A stretch of DNA of 64,000 bases from Felis catus (GCF_018350175.1 NC_058368.1:145764001-145828000); one strand, 5' to 3'. Shown: positions 37,646 to 50,640, counted from the first letter of the stretch. The notes: generated by a model not told the origin, from the letters alone. Program-made: numbers and translations.

Positions 37646-39294
37646 ATTAATTTTGAAAAAGGCAAGAAAAGGTTTCTCCATGTTCAGTAGACTATAAAAC
37701 TACTAGTTGAGGAACATGCCTTTCACTCTGATCAGAGCAGAAAAACCGTGTTCTTCATTTTTCTTCAATAGAGCAGTCAGCACATTCGGCATCATTTTTT
37801 TGCCCTTTGGGCAGCCCTAAAAGAATGTTTCTTTAGAAAACTGTTTCTGAGGCACAGTCTGTAGGTTTATTTTAGATGTGACCACCTGTGTGAGGTGTGA
37901 GGGTTATTTTAAAAGGAGCTCTTTCATTTGTCTTTGTGGGAGAGAGGTTGCCCCAATCAAAATGACATCACATTTGTGGGGCACCTGTAAAACTATGCAG
38001 AAGTTGGCTCAAGTACAAAAGACTTTGTTTTCTTTCTTCTTTCCTATGGTAGTTAACTTGATTTCTTCTCTCCATAAATTCTCTAATTGGTTTACTAAAA
38101 TACACAACAATCTGGGTGCCCTTTTCTATTAGTTACATTGTGAACACTTATGTGGTGAAGTTTAACCAAAGCAGAACAGCTAGAAAATAATTAAAAGAAG
38201 AGAAAAATTTTAAAGCAGTAGGGCTTTCTTTGATAATAATTCTCACAATCACATTAGTTGCTCTTAAATAGAATCTGCCCTGGCATTGTGTTGGCAATAA
38301 AGAAGGCATAATCCCTCGCTGTTTTTATTTCTGCAGCATGTGGAGTTTTACTAGTGGGGGTGTTAAGCTAATTTTTTAAAAGAGAAACAGGAGAAAAGAT
38401 TTAGTATTAACTAATCACTCTGCCTGAAGGCTAATCAGACAGATGGGAATTGTCTCAAATTTATATAAAGTTGTAGCATTTTCCAGGAAAGGCTTAATTT
38501 TTTTTTTTTGTTTGAGAGAGGATTTCATGTGATGATAGAAGTAAGTCAGGAGTTTAGAATTTCAGACCGCCTGCATGGTCAGATTTGTCACTGAAATCAG
38601 TTTCAATTATTGTTCCTAGGTAAAATTGATCCCTTTCCTCTTTCCCTCCCTCTCTTCCATCCTTCCCTTCTTTCTCTCTCCTTTCCTCCCCATTCCTCCT
38701 CTCTCTCAATCTATCTCTCCCCTTCCATTCCTCCCTCCCTTCTTTCACCTCCTTCTGCACCTTTTCACTTTTTCAGAGTGTGATTTTTTGTATTTGATGC
38801 AAACTTTAAGACACTTCTATCTCTCAAAACCATTTCCTGAGCTAAGTCTCTTGGTCTCTAACTGTAGAAAAGAAAAAGGAATGGAATATAAGTATTCTGC
38901 TTGGAGAACGACAGTGAAGTCAGAAAGTAAACCTTGTCTTTATTTAAAGTTTGATCTGCAATTGCCTGCTACTTCATGACCTGAATCTGAGATTCCTAGA
39001 ACAGCAGCCTTCTTTGAGATGGAAAATTGTTCCCACAAGCAATTAAATAGTCAAATCTAGGACACTGTTGACAAGAGACATATTTAACAGAAGCAGAAGT
39101 AGATTCTGATTTATGGAATCTAAAGCTTTTATAATGTGGAACACATCTTTAAGAAAAAACAATTCAAAATTATAAATTCAAATTTAGATAAGAAAATTAA
39201 TATATATTCATTTACAATGAAAAATAATAAAAGGCAGATTTTAAAAAGCTGAGAAGAAACCAAACATCAGATCCAATCTAGAAATATAACATTT

Positions 39295-39517
39295 GGGGCA
39301 CCTGGGTGGCTCAGTGGGTTGGGCGTCTGACTTTGGCCCAGGTCATGATCTCACCATCTGTGAGTTAGAGCCCCGCATCAGGTTCTGTGCTGGAGCTTGC
39401 TTCGGATTCTGTGACTCCCCTTCTCTCTGCCCCGCCCCCACCCCCCATGCTCATGCTCTGTCTCTCTCTGTCTCTCAATAATAAATAGATGTTAAAAAAT
39501 TAAAAAAAGAAAAAAAA
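39295..39517 (+). mobile_element. CanSINE
   Basis: ggggcacctgggtggctcagt head, tail. Confidence 0.92.
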
Positions 39518-39749
39518 TAACATAGTTAACTGCCTATTATACTTGTATAAGAATTTTTTAATCTACATTTTTTTAACTGTATACACTTTGATCACATGTT
39601 CATATGACAAAATTTTGTATATAGAGAAGAGAAAGCTATCTCAGGTTCTAACATGGTTAGGTGAAATTTGTTTTTACTATTTATAGTTTAGGAAATTTTG
39701 TTCTGCCTTACAAATTGTCACTGGTAATGTCATGTAAATATTTTTAAAT

Positions 39750-40192
39750 TAAGTAGTTTATGTACAGTGAAACATGCATATTATATATATATTTATATTA
39801 ATGTTGAGAAATGTGTAAACTAATCAAATCAATATATCATCAAGATATAGAACATTTCCAACATTCCAGAAAGTTCCTTGTGCTTTTTCTCAATCATTAA
39901 GACCCTCCTTACTCCTCCCACAAAAGTAAAAGTCACCATTATTTGATGTCTTTCACCACAGACTATTTTTACCTATTCTAGAAATTCCTGTAAGTGGAAT
40001 CATAGGATATATATTCTGATGTGTCTGAATTCTTTTACTCAGCAGAATATTTAGAGATATTGTCCATGTTACTGTGAGCAGCAGTAATTCATTTCCTTTT
40101 ATTGTCGTGTATTATTCCATTGCATCAATATAGCACCATTTGTTTATTTGTTTTCCTGCCGATGGAGATTTGGGTTGTTTCTAGTTTGGAGT
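39750..40192 (-). mobile_element. Old L1M 3' UTR fragment
   Basis: aagatatagaacatttcca...agtggaatcata...gatggagatttgggttgtttctagtttgg. Confidence 0.75.
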
Positions 40193-40720
40193 GTTGTTAT
40201 AGGTACTGTGTGTGGCTGGACACACAACTTAATGGTTTGAAATAACAGCATTTGTTTTGCTCGTAAATCTGCAATTTGGGCAGAACTCAGTGGGGATGGC
40301 CCATCTGGCTCTAGTCAGCATCGGCTGGAATGGCTCACCCTGGCACCTGAAGTCATCTGTATGCTTACGCACTCATGTGCCTGGGCCCTGACACTGTCTG
40401 TCGGTTGAGTCCTTAGCTATCGTTGTCAACCAGGCAACCTATAGAGCCTCATGTAGCTTGGGATCTTTTCAACCTGGTGACTGGATTTCAAGTGCTGGTG
40501 TCCCAAGAAATAAAGCCAGGGACAAATCACTTTGTCTTTTGTGATCTATCCTTGAAAATCAAATAGCAGCACTTCCTAGAATATTTCAGTCACAAAGTGC
40601 TGCCTAGGGTCATGAAAGGGGAAATACTGTATTTTTTGGTGGGAGTGGCGAGGTTCTGGTAAGCATGTGAGTCCAGAAATCCTGTCGTAGCCATTTACGG
40701 AATAGATAATCTATTGCATC
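40193..40720 (-). mobile_element. MaLR LTR (MLT1F/G/H-like)
   Basis: aacttaatggtttgaaataacagcattt...aatctgcaatttgggcag motifs. Confidence 0.7.
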
Positions 40721-41002
40721 TGTGATGAGTGAAGATGCTCTGGCATTCTTCATGAGTCACTGACAGTAGGAAACTGGCTCCCATTATCCTTAAAACAATG
40801 AATTATTTGGTAAGTAATTCATTTCTTTGTATGTAACCTATCTCCCATTGTTATTGCTGCCTCCTGCCCTCTGTGTCACCCTCCTCTCCCTGCTGGCTCT
40901 CTAACATCTCATAATTGGCAGTCCTCCTGTATAGATCCCCTTCACCTTGCTCAGGCTCTGATTTTCTGCCTAGACACCTCTTACATAGATGCTCTTCTTT
41001 TC

Positions 41003-41183
41003 TAAAATATTTTTTAAAATGTTTATTTTTCAGAGACAGTGAGTGAATGGGAGAGGGGCAAGGGGGGGATCCCAAGCAGACTTTGTGCTAACATGGGACT
41101 TACTCTCTCGAAACTGTGAGATCATGACCTGAGCTGAAATCAAGAGTTGGACACTCCACCGACTGAGCCACTCAGGCACCCCA
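41003..41183 (-). mobile_element. CanSINE (older)
   Basis: TSD catagatgc(t/c)cttct. Confidence 0.9.
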
Positions 41184-42014
41184 TGTGCATAGATGCCCTT
41201 CTACCCTGCTTGTGCTCTGACACCCTTACCAGGCTGTTCCTGCTCTGGGGAGCCCTTGCTTGGGTTTTGGCACTCCACACTGGGCTACAGTTAAAATAAG
41301 ACAATGGTCTTAACTGGCTGCAGTTAAGATATCTTACTTTTGTGAATTACAGGACACATGTAACCATATGAATAAATTTGTAGGTTCCTTCCAGAACCCA
41401 GCAAGAGGTTGTACAAATAAAAGGTCCTTTCATCATAGAATTGTGTTTAGTATTATTCATATTACTGCTCAGTGCGAACACCAGTAGAGCAGAAGTGGCT
41501 GTGACCCATGCCTTCTGCTACTTCCATTATTCATTCATTTGTGGTACTTGATTCTGCATATAGTTAGGCCTTTTATATACATGGCTACTGCTTCCAAATG
41601 TTCTGCTATCATAGATAGAAAACAAATAGCCCTGTGTCTAAGGTGTTTTCCAGTTTATCATTCGAATGTTTTATTTGACTTTTAATCCTATTATTAATTA
41701 ATTCACATTTCACTGTGGATGAGCGCTGCTCTTAGGAACTGTTGTCTTCATGGGATACAGCCACTGCAAAGATCATGGTACTGAAGTAGAAAGAAAGTAG
41801 GGGAAGAAATATCCTGACATCTTTTTTCACTCACTGTCTGATATCCCAGAAGCCAGAAGACATGGGAACCTGCATGATTTAGTCATGGTGGTCAGCTCCT
41901 CATAGTACATAACAGTGTAGAGAATGTGGTATATGGCTCTTGGGGGTAGGTGGGCATATTTCCTTATTTCTTTTCACCTTATTTCTTTTCTTGTTTAGTT
42001 TCGGTAAACTAAAA

Positions 42015-42490
42015 CACAGGTGCTGTAGCAAATTACTATAAACTTGGTGGCTTAGAGCAACATAACTTTGTTACAGTTCTTGAGTTCAAAAATCTGAAAT
42101 GAGTTTCACAGGACTAAATTCATGATGAGTCTGCTTTCCTTCTGCAGGCTCAAGGGGAGAAGCCATTTCCATGTCTTTTCCAACTTCTGGAGGCTGTCTG
42201 CATTCCCTGACTCATGACCTCTTCCCCCCCATCTTCAAAGCTAGCAATAGCAGACTAAGTCCTTCTTACATGACCATATCCCTGGTTCTCACTCTTTTGT
42301 CTCCCTCTTCTACTTCTAAGGACTCTTGAGATTACATGGGATCCACCCAGATAGTCCAGGATAATTTGCCCATTGGAATGTCATTGGATTAACAGCTTTA
42401 ATTCCCATTTGCCATGTAGCCTCACGCGGTCACGGATTCCTGGGGTTAAGTTGTGGACATCTTCGGGGAACCATTATTCTATCTATCACA
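42015..42490 (-). mobile_element. MaLR LTR (MLT1C/D-like)
   Basis: gctgtagcaaattactataaacttggtggctta...ccattattctatctatcaCA. Confidence 0.8.
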
Positions 42491-43774
42491 TATTAGTTTG
42501 TTCAAAGAAATTTCTTAGGAATATTATGACTCTTGTTTTGCCTCAGAGTATAGGGGATGAAATAATGACCAAAAGTCCAACTAACTATACTTATAGGATT
42601 CTCGTGCATTCCCTCTCTTGGTATTTGTTACTGAATAAATCATGAAGATGTCACTAGTAGGGTATAAATTGTCACAGATATACAAGGATTCCATTTGAAC
42701 ACAGTTTTGAATTCAAATTTATCAACTGTTCCCTCATTGGAACTCCTTGTGATGTTTCAGGATGTCTCAGGTTCTGGCCTTGAGAAAAAAATCACGTAAG
42801 ACAATTCTTTTCAATAGGTGTTTCAGTAAAAAGAAGACCAACCTATGTAGTGGGTCATGCATCATCTCTTTCTCAGTGAGGGAGGGAAATCATATTAGTG
42901 TTTTGTTCATTTGAGGACCAAAGAAAATGTCCATTTTCTCCCATTATCTGTATTACAGCTGACCTAAACTGATTTGGTTATGTTCAGTTCTTAACCTTTT
43001 TTGGATAGGTTATGGTAGCCAGTGACAGGTTTCTCTAAAACCTTGCTACCAGGTTATAATCAAAACAAGACTCTAAGTTTTGTTATAATGGATATTTATT
43101 ATGTATAAATATCAATTATAAATATCCATGTATAAATTGTATTTTGTATAATGGATATTTATTATGTCAACATTAATAAGCTAGCATGATAAAATGTTAG
43201 GCCTGTGTTCTTCTAAGTGAAACACAGTGTAAGGACCGTTTGCTTAAGGTGGCTACAACAGCATTCTAGAGGCAAAATTCTTATCAGTCAGCGAGCCTGT
43301 TAAAATATCAAGCCCCAGGGTTCATTCTGAAGGGTAGAGACCATAAACTGGTGCTAGGTTCTTATATCTTGCTTTAAATTGTTTTAGTCAATTGACATAT
43401 CTTGAATAACTTTAATTTCATCAAGGAAAAACTATTTCCAACATTTATTATGCTACCCGCCCCCCCCCCCCCAAAAGGCCCTTTTCTCTATCAGGAGAAA
43501 TTTGTTTCTTATATTCACTATGTTAATTATCAATGACAGAGGTATTGCTGAAGGAAGGTTGGATTGGCTGAAGCCCTTGTAGTAGCTACCTCTGAAGTCT
43601 AGCCTTTCCATATCTTCCTAGCTCACCATTTCTAGACTGTTTGTTCTCCTTCAGGGCAGCTGACTGCTTCAGAATGAAGCTCAACTAACTGGTACATGAA
43701 TAGTATCATATTGTATATGTTGAAGTTTTTGACACTTCATGGCAGGCATCATAAAAGCCAGCAGTGAAAAAAAA

Positions 43775-44028
43775 ATTTTTTTTAATTTTTTTAAGTTTAT
43801 TTATTTATTTTTGAGAGAGGGAGAGAGAGAGAGGAAGAGAGAGGGAGAGAGAAGAAGAGAGAGAATGAGCGGGGGAGGGGGAGAGAGCGAGGGAAAGAGA
43901 GAATCTCAAGCAGGCTCCCCACTGTCAGCATGGAGCCTGATGTGGGGTTTGAACTCACAAAATGTGAGATCACGACCTGAGCCAAAACCAAGAGCTGGAT
44001 GCTTAACCGACTGAGCCACCAGGCGCCC
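43775..44028 (-). mobile_element. CanSINE
   Basis: TSD ag(c/t)agtgaaaa; (GA)-rich tract. Confidence 0.92.
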
Positions 44029-44268
44029 AGTAGTGAAAATTTTAAAGCCCACTAAAGAAAATTGCAGAGTTTGCTTTTTTGTTGATCAAGAGAAAAGAAT
44101 TTGTGGCCTGTGAAGTTTAATTTTTCTAGCTAGTGTAGGTATACTATACTATAATTATGGCATACATTAAATGGAAGCTGACCAGTATTTGCTGAATTTT
44201 AATTTGAGGCATAGTTCTTTTTTTATGTATGGCTTCATTGTAGGGACCATCCAAATCAGTGCTGAGAA

Positions 44269-44457
44269 TTTTTAAAGTTTGTTTATTTAAAGTTTGTTTA
44301 TTTATTTTTGAGGGAGAGGGAGAGGAAAAATCTCAAGCAAGCTCTGTGCTGTCAGTGCAGAGCCTGATGCAGGACTCAAACCCACAAATTATGAGATCAT
44401 GACCTGAACCCAAATCAAGAGTCAAAAGCTTAACCAACTGAGCCACCTAGGCACCCC
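44269..44457 (-). mobile_element. CanSINE
   Basis: aactgagccacctaggcacccc head end. Confidence 0.9.
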
Positions 44458-45848
44458 AGTGTTGGAAATTTTAAGAGACCCTGTAAAGAGTATCCTTTGA
44501 ACAAATTGAGAGTTAAGACAAAAAAGGAAGGCAAATAGAAGACAAGAGTTGTGACAAATATATCTCCTTTAGTACATATGATATATGGGATAGTGTTTAT
44601 ATCAAGGACTCCAGACACATGGACTGCATTTGAGTTCCAGGTCTGCCACTTCCTGGTGGTATAACCTAGGGAAAGTTTTTATACTATCTCTGTTTCTTAT
44701 TCTTAAATGTATATGATTTAAGAAAGTACTGAGGTAAAAAAAAAAAAAAAGTACCTGAGACATAGTAATCATTGTCTAAGTATTAGCTATTATCATTGTT
44801 ATTCTTATTATTTTAAAGTGCCGATTGGAGGACATGGTTACCTTGGTAGAGGAGTGGGCCTACTGTTACTGAACTCTAGAATTAAGGATATTTTACACTT
44901 TCCCCCATGAGTCATGGTAGGTCTGGATCAGGTAGGTCTTACCAGTAGAGGCCTATTCAAGTAACACAGGCAGTAGAGAGGCTTGGAGGAGAATTTCCTC
45001 ACTGCAGGTAGCTTGCCTCAAAGAAGACAAAAAAAAGGTAGCTAAGCTCAGCTTGCCCCATTCACTCTTATCAGATTTACAAATGCAATGAGTTGATTTA
45101 CATCCTCTGAGATGAAGTGAATAAAAGGCAGAGCTAGGAGCCAGGAGTATTTAGGGAAAACCCTCCCTCGTAGAAAACAAGGAATATAGAGGTGTTCTTC
45201 ACAATTGACTTTCTCAAAGGACACTGTGACGGTTCTCCAATTGACAGTGACATCCAATGTTAGCATAAATATAAAACAGAATCTCAAACTCCTGTAACTG
45301 AAATGAATTGAATGGAGCAGTCCCCAGGTGTGAAAGGTGTAGATATTTTTAAAACAACACTTATCTGCCTCTGTTTCTCATCCCTGATTGATTCTTTTCT
45401 GATTCAGATTCTTCTACTGCCCACAAATTCTCTCCATGTGGCAAAAAAAGCCACAAGCAGGCCTTGCTTCATACTGTGATGTCCCAATCCCCTCTCTTTT
45501 ACCTTTCAACTAAAAACCATGAGGAGATGCTCTGATTGGTCATCTTGTCACATGCCTACCTCCCAACCAGTTCTTTGGCCGGAGGAATGGTCAGGCTGTG
45601 TCACCTACTGTCCCCTGCGGTTAGATATAGGGCTTTATAATAGGCAGCTCCATGTCATGGAGGTCCCTTATCTTTTTCCTGAGGTCCTAGGAGGATCCTA
45701 GGTTCTCTCTCATTTGCTTGCATAGCGGCTGGCACAATGTTGAATGAATAAATGAATGAATGATGAATGAATGAATGATTGAATTGGGCCATCTGTGACT
45801 TTCCCAGTAGTTTTGATATTTTAGGCTAGCCTTTAAAATGTGTTTTAA

Positions 45849-46229
45849 GGGGCACCTGGGTGGCTCAGTTGGTTAAGCATATGACTTTGGCTCAGGTCAT
45901 GATCTTCTGTGGTTCGGGTTGTGCAGATTGTTGTGTTAATCTTCCAGTCGGTTTTCTAGGTGTGTAGGATGGTTTAGTGTTGGTCTGACTGTATTTCATT
46001 GACGCGAGCCCCACAGAAAGCTTCCATGCTGTTCCGCCATCTTGGCTCCTCCTCAGAAATTCCAGGTCATGATCTTAAAGTTTGTGGGTTCAAGCCCTGA
46101 GTCAGGCTCTGTGCTGACAGCCTGAAACCTGCTTTGGATTGTGTTTCCCTCTCTCTGCCCCTCTCCCACTTGCACTGTTTCTCTTTCTCTCTCTCTCTCT
46201 CAAAAATAAATAAACATTAAAAAATTTTT
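45849..46229 (+). mobile_element. CanSINE split by an internal insertion
   Basis: TSD aaatgtgttttaa at 45836-45848 and 46230-46242; head 45849-45906, body resumes at 46077. Confidence 0.93.
45907..46062 (-). mobile_element. Tailless L1 5'-end insertion (148 bp of L1 5' UTR plus 8 extra 5' nt)
   Basis: Minus strand reads gaatttct-GAGGAGGAGCCAAGATGGCGGAACAGCATGG...CACAACCCGAACCACAG, including the YY1-type motif of L1 5' ends; perfect TSD caggtcatgatctt. Confidence 0.85.
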
Positions 46230-46749
46230 AAATGTGTTTTAAATTCTATTTTTCTGGGTCCTTAATAAATGACCATAATTGTATCTTTGGGGACATTTGT
46301 AGAAAAAAACACAACAAGCTGTTTCTGATATGGCTTGTAGTAAATGATTAATAATTAGGAGCATCATTGGGTTCCTGGAAATCTCCTAAATCAGGGAGCA
46401 ATTTGGCCAGATAAAAAGCCAGGAGAAACCAATGTAATTTAGGAATAATGGAAAGAGTGTAGCGGTATAAGCATTAGTAATTAAGTGGAGACTATTAAAA
46501 CAGTTACTCAGACTAGGAGGACTAAGAGACTTATAAAATGGAATGTGTTTATTGTTTTTCATGGACTTTTGAAATTGTTCATGTTTCAGTTCCGCCAGCT
46601 TCTCTATGTACTTCTTGTTCAATTATATTTTTTGTGGCATGGGATAAAATAGTGTTCAAACTATTATTTAGTAATCAATAGATTATAATATTTTATTGAA
46701 TTCCTCCCTTACAAATGCAGAGGAAAGTTGTTCACCCTGATTTTAATAG

Positions 46750-47420
46750 AAGAATAGAGCCTGAGATTAAGAATTGCAGAGCAGGTGGTTCATTTGGGAA
46801 TGCAATCCTGGGGAACAGGAGTGTGGGGAAGGGGAAGTGAAATAGCAAATGAGGCAATTTTTTTATGAAGTTGGCCACTGCTACGAGTGGATCTCCCTTC
46901 TAGGGACCCTCATGAAATATGTCTGGAAGCCCATTTCCCACTGACCAAGGCTGGCCCCAGGGACATTAATTTTCTGTCACTTAAAAAAAAAGAATTTTAA
47001 TGTTTGTTTATTTTTGAGGGGGGAGAGGGGCAGAGAGAAGGAGACACAATTCAAAGTAGGCCCCAGACACTGAGCACAGCATAGAGCCCGACACAGGGCT
47101 CGAACATAACCTGACTGAAGTTGGACACTTAACCCACTGAACCACCCAGGCGCCCCATAATTTTCTCTCACTTTTGACGTGGACATGCATGAGTTCTCAG
47201 TTGGTTTTCGATCTAAGCCCAATCTTAGATGTCCACTTTTAGAAACTGCAGGCAAGAAGGAGAGGTGTACTCTATGGGCGCAGGAAGAGTCTCTGTGCAG
47301 TTGTCCTGGTCGAAGCTGTCCAAAGGCTGTGCTGCCTTGTTCTTTATAGCAGCAGCTGGAGTAGGAAGTAAGGTGGATCAGGAAGACTTTGAAGTGGTGC
47401 TCAAGAGTGTGTGACATACC
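46750..47420 (-). mobile_element. Old ERVL-class LTR (LTR33/LTR67-like), split by a SINE
   Basis: agagcctgaga...gcaggtggttcatttgggaa...cctggggaacaggagtg motif; weak recall. Confidence 0.45.
46981..47156 (-). mobile_element. CanSINE (internally deleted)
   Basis: ccacccaggcgcccc head end; TSD taattttct(g/c)tcact. Confidence 0.88.
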
Positions 47421-47664
47421 GGCTGTCTACTACTGTACATTTTTCTAATGAATTAACGTAAAGCCAACAACCTGCCTCCTGACATCGTTAGCAATCTCCC
47501 TCACTCTTTCACCTACAGTTGGTGTATTTGCCAGGAAGCATAGTCTGAGGGAGGGGTTATGCCTGGATCAGGTTCTCAGAACTTCTTTGCAGGCCCTTCC
47601 CTGGGATTCCCAGAATCTACTTAAGGTTATTAATTTGGTCTTGTCTCTTCCAGTCTATAATAGC

Positions 47665-48096
47665 TGTGATGATTAACTTTATGTGTCAACTTGTGTGGGC
47701 CATGGTACCCAGATATTTAGTCAAATATTATTTTGGATGTGTCTATGAGGGTGTTTTGGAAGAGATTTACATTTAAATCAGTGAACTTTGAGTAAATCAG
47801 ATTGCCCCCCATAATGTGGGTGTGCCTCATCTAATCATCTGAACATCTGAGTAGAACAAAAGGCTAACCTCTTTAATGAGCAAGAGGAAACTTTCCAGCA
47901 GATTGTTTACAGACTTCATCTGTGACATCTGCTCTTCCTGGTTCTATAGCAGACTGCTTTTGGACTCAGCCCTCCAGCCTCCCGCGTCAGATATTGGAGT
48001 TGCCAAGCCTCCACAGTTGCAATGAGCCAATTTCTTAAAATACATTTCTTCCTCTATAGATACACATCCTGTTGGTTCTGTATCTCTGGAGAACCT
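47665..48096 (+). mobile_element. MLT2 (ERVL) solo LTR
   Basis: tgtgatgattaactttatgtgtcaacttg start; ggttctgtatctctggagaacct end. Confidence 0.85.
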
Positions 48097-48727
48097 GGTG
48101 GGTAGGGATCTCAGAGTGACTGGATAGGCTGTTGCCTAGAGGTCTTTGTTAGTACCTCATAATTATTGGTGGTAAAATGCCACTTAAACTGATCTATTTC
48201 ATACAGAACCGGAGCTTCATAGAAGAGGTTAAAAAAAAAAGTTTGATTGACATTTACCCTAAAGAGAACTCATCTAAGATTATGAAAAATCAATTTTAGT
48301 TATATGAAATAAAAATGAAATATAATTGCAACTGTGCACTATTAGGACAAAGGACATATTGTGTTGAATTTTTTGCAGAATACATCTGACTAAACTTGTA
48401 ACAGAAATATGACAGACTTTATGTTGATTTTGGCAGCATAAAGATTAGTATAGACATTTTGGCAAAAACAACAACAACACAATCAACAAAAAAACTTTGA
48501 CACTGTCATCAATTTTCTCAAAGAGCTTTTCAGTCTTTTGACATTCAAACCATTTTCTTTTGAAAACTTACATTGTTTTAACCCTTACTGATTTCCTGTG
48601 CTTCAATTGCTAACCAGTTTAATTGCCAGATCCTCATTTGTCAAGGTCTTGTGTAATATATGAATGTTTCCCCAAGATCATGTTCAATGGCTTCATCCAA
48701 CTTGTCTTTTAAAAGCTTTGCAGTTTT

Positions 48728-48876
48728 CTCTTAAAAACTGAGAACTGAGGGTTGATGGGGGGTGGGAGGGAGGAGAGGGTGGGTGATGGGTATTGAGGAG
48801 GGCACCTTTTGCGATGAACACTGGGTATTGTATGGAAACCAATTTGTCAATAAATTTCATATATTGAAAAAAAAAT
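48728..48876 (+). mobile_element. Very short (about 150 bp) feline L1 3' end
   Basis: Matches the 3' UTR of the L1 at 15664-15800; TSD aaaagctttgcagtttt at 48711-48727 and 48877-48893. Confidence 0.93.
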
Positions 48877-49794
48877 AAAAGCTTTGCAGTTTTACTTGGA
48901 GAATAATTTGCCATACTTGCATTGTGCACTTGGCTTTTGCACATATCTGCAATTAAAGGCTGTCCAAGAAGGACTTTGGCATGATGGGCTGAGATCAGAA
49001 CTGATGTCTAACAGGGGTGATGAAGGTAGAAAGATATGGATGGCACTGGTTCATCATTGGTCAGTTCCTTAGTGCTTTGACTACTTTTGCTCACCTCTAG
49101 AATGAGTTATAACTGTAGTGACTCAGATAGTGACTGTAGTGACTCAGATAGAAAGATTAACAAGGACCCCTTCCAACCCAAGACCACTAGAGGACCTCAA
49201 ATCTGGGTCTGTCCCTCTAGAGCTCTCCAAGACTGGCAGAGGTCTAATTCTAAATCATATGCTCTGCAGGTTGCTGACCCCTGCTTCATTTGTTAGCTTC
49301 CTAGAGACTTTTTATGGCTGTAGCTCCTATTATGCATTAGCTTGCAATGAGTTGACTATATTTCAGATTTTAAAAGCTTGTCAAAAAAGTATGGGTCATG
49401 TTTCTTTTGGAACAGTTTACCAAGTTCTGCTATTTTATCTGGGATTTCCATAGAAATTCCTTCAGAGAGGGGCCTGTGTACTTGGTAATGTCTGTTGAGC
49501 AAGTTGATAGAGCTGATGAACTCAAGCTGCCACTTCAGACGGTCTTTGATTTTCTTTGTTTGGATACACGGTCACTTTCATCTAGAGCACACACACAGTT
49601 TTCAGGAGCTTAAGAGACTCCAATATTAGCAAAATGGTATTTCAGCAAATAACTTTGAGAACCTGAGCTAATGTCCTATGACAAGATCTGAGGAAAAAAT
49701 GCTGGTTGTTCTTTGTTGGGATTCAGCTCTCTTAGGAAGTAGCCATCTTTGCCCAAAGGTCTGTCTGGACAAAATTATCTGTGTATTTGGCCTT

Positions 49795-50000
49795 AGGTTT
49801 GATATAGTGATTAAGTGTGGTAGCTTCAGAGCACAAGACTGGGTTTAAACGCTGGATCTAGCATTTAGACATTTTATAATCTCAGTGTAGTCCTGTTATT
49901 GCTCAAGTCCTCAGTTCCATATTTGTAAATTGGGAACATTAATAGTGTTTGACTCCTTAGGTTACTGTAAAGATTATAAAAGATAAAATATGTAAAGGGA
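49795..50000 (+). mobile_element. MIR
   Basis: cctcagttccatatttgtaaattggga core. Confidence 0.65.
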
Positions 50001-50007
50001 TAATACT

Positions 50008-50640
50008 AGATGTTCCCAAACTTTCTCAGTTTATCGGGTCCTCAGAGTCTCAGTAATTTTTCATGCTATCCACAGCCAAAAGAAATACCCAGTGGCACAG
50101 TAAGGATACACAAAGGTATCTCAGGTATGTCTTATTATGGAAGTACATGAGGAGAACCTTCTATTTATTAAGTAGTTAGGTCCAAATACCTTAATACATG
50201 TTTCTGTCCCAACAACTTAGTGGCTGCTTGAAAAGGTAATACACATACATTGAAATAAAAAGTGTTTTCATTCTTAACCAGAGTTTCCTACCAATGTGAT
50301 GTATGTTCCTGTTGGGAACTGCTCAACTTCACACACTTTGAAATCAGATTAGGCACTGCACTTTCATTTCCTGTTCTACTTTGTTTTTCCTGTGGTACTT
50401 GCTTTTTATCACAGTGCTTACAGAAAACCCAGCTTCACAAAGATTTAATGCCACTGAAAGGAATATATTGTGATTTCTTGTTGAGAGTATGAACCACTTC
50501 GAGTTAGTAGGTCTTGTGGTATTCTATACATGGAGAGTATCATGGTTTCCCTCATACTGCAAAATACGTCCTCCCCTACCGCCCAGCTCCTCTGAGTTTG
50601 CTGTGGTGCCCTGAAGCAGGACACCATTTGACAGCTTTCC
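50008..50640. mobile_element. hAT-Charlie-type non-autonomous DNA transposon relic
   Basis: ttcccaaactttctcag end motif; internal tttattaagtagttaggtccaaa recalled from Charlie-family consensus. Confidence 0.55.

Larger units (their letters stand above)
39092..41440. mobile_element. Old hAT-type DNA transposon (MER96B-like ends) with nested inserts
   Basis: End pieces at about 39092-39740 and 41320-41440 match my recall of the consensus; not database-checked. Confidence 0.45.

Noticed and set aside
37860..38480. Enhancer-like motif cluster (E-boxes, aggtgtga, tgataa)
   Set aside because: Short motifs are expected by chance; not supportable without conservation or chromatin data
46977..47417. 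146-aa ORF
   Set aside because: Runs through LTR-like and SINE sequence with no recognisable domain
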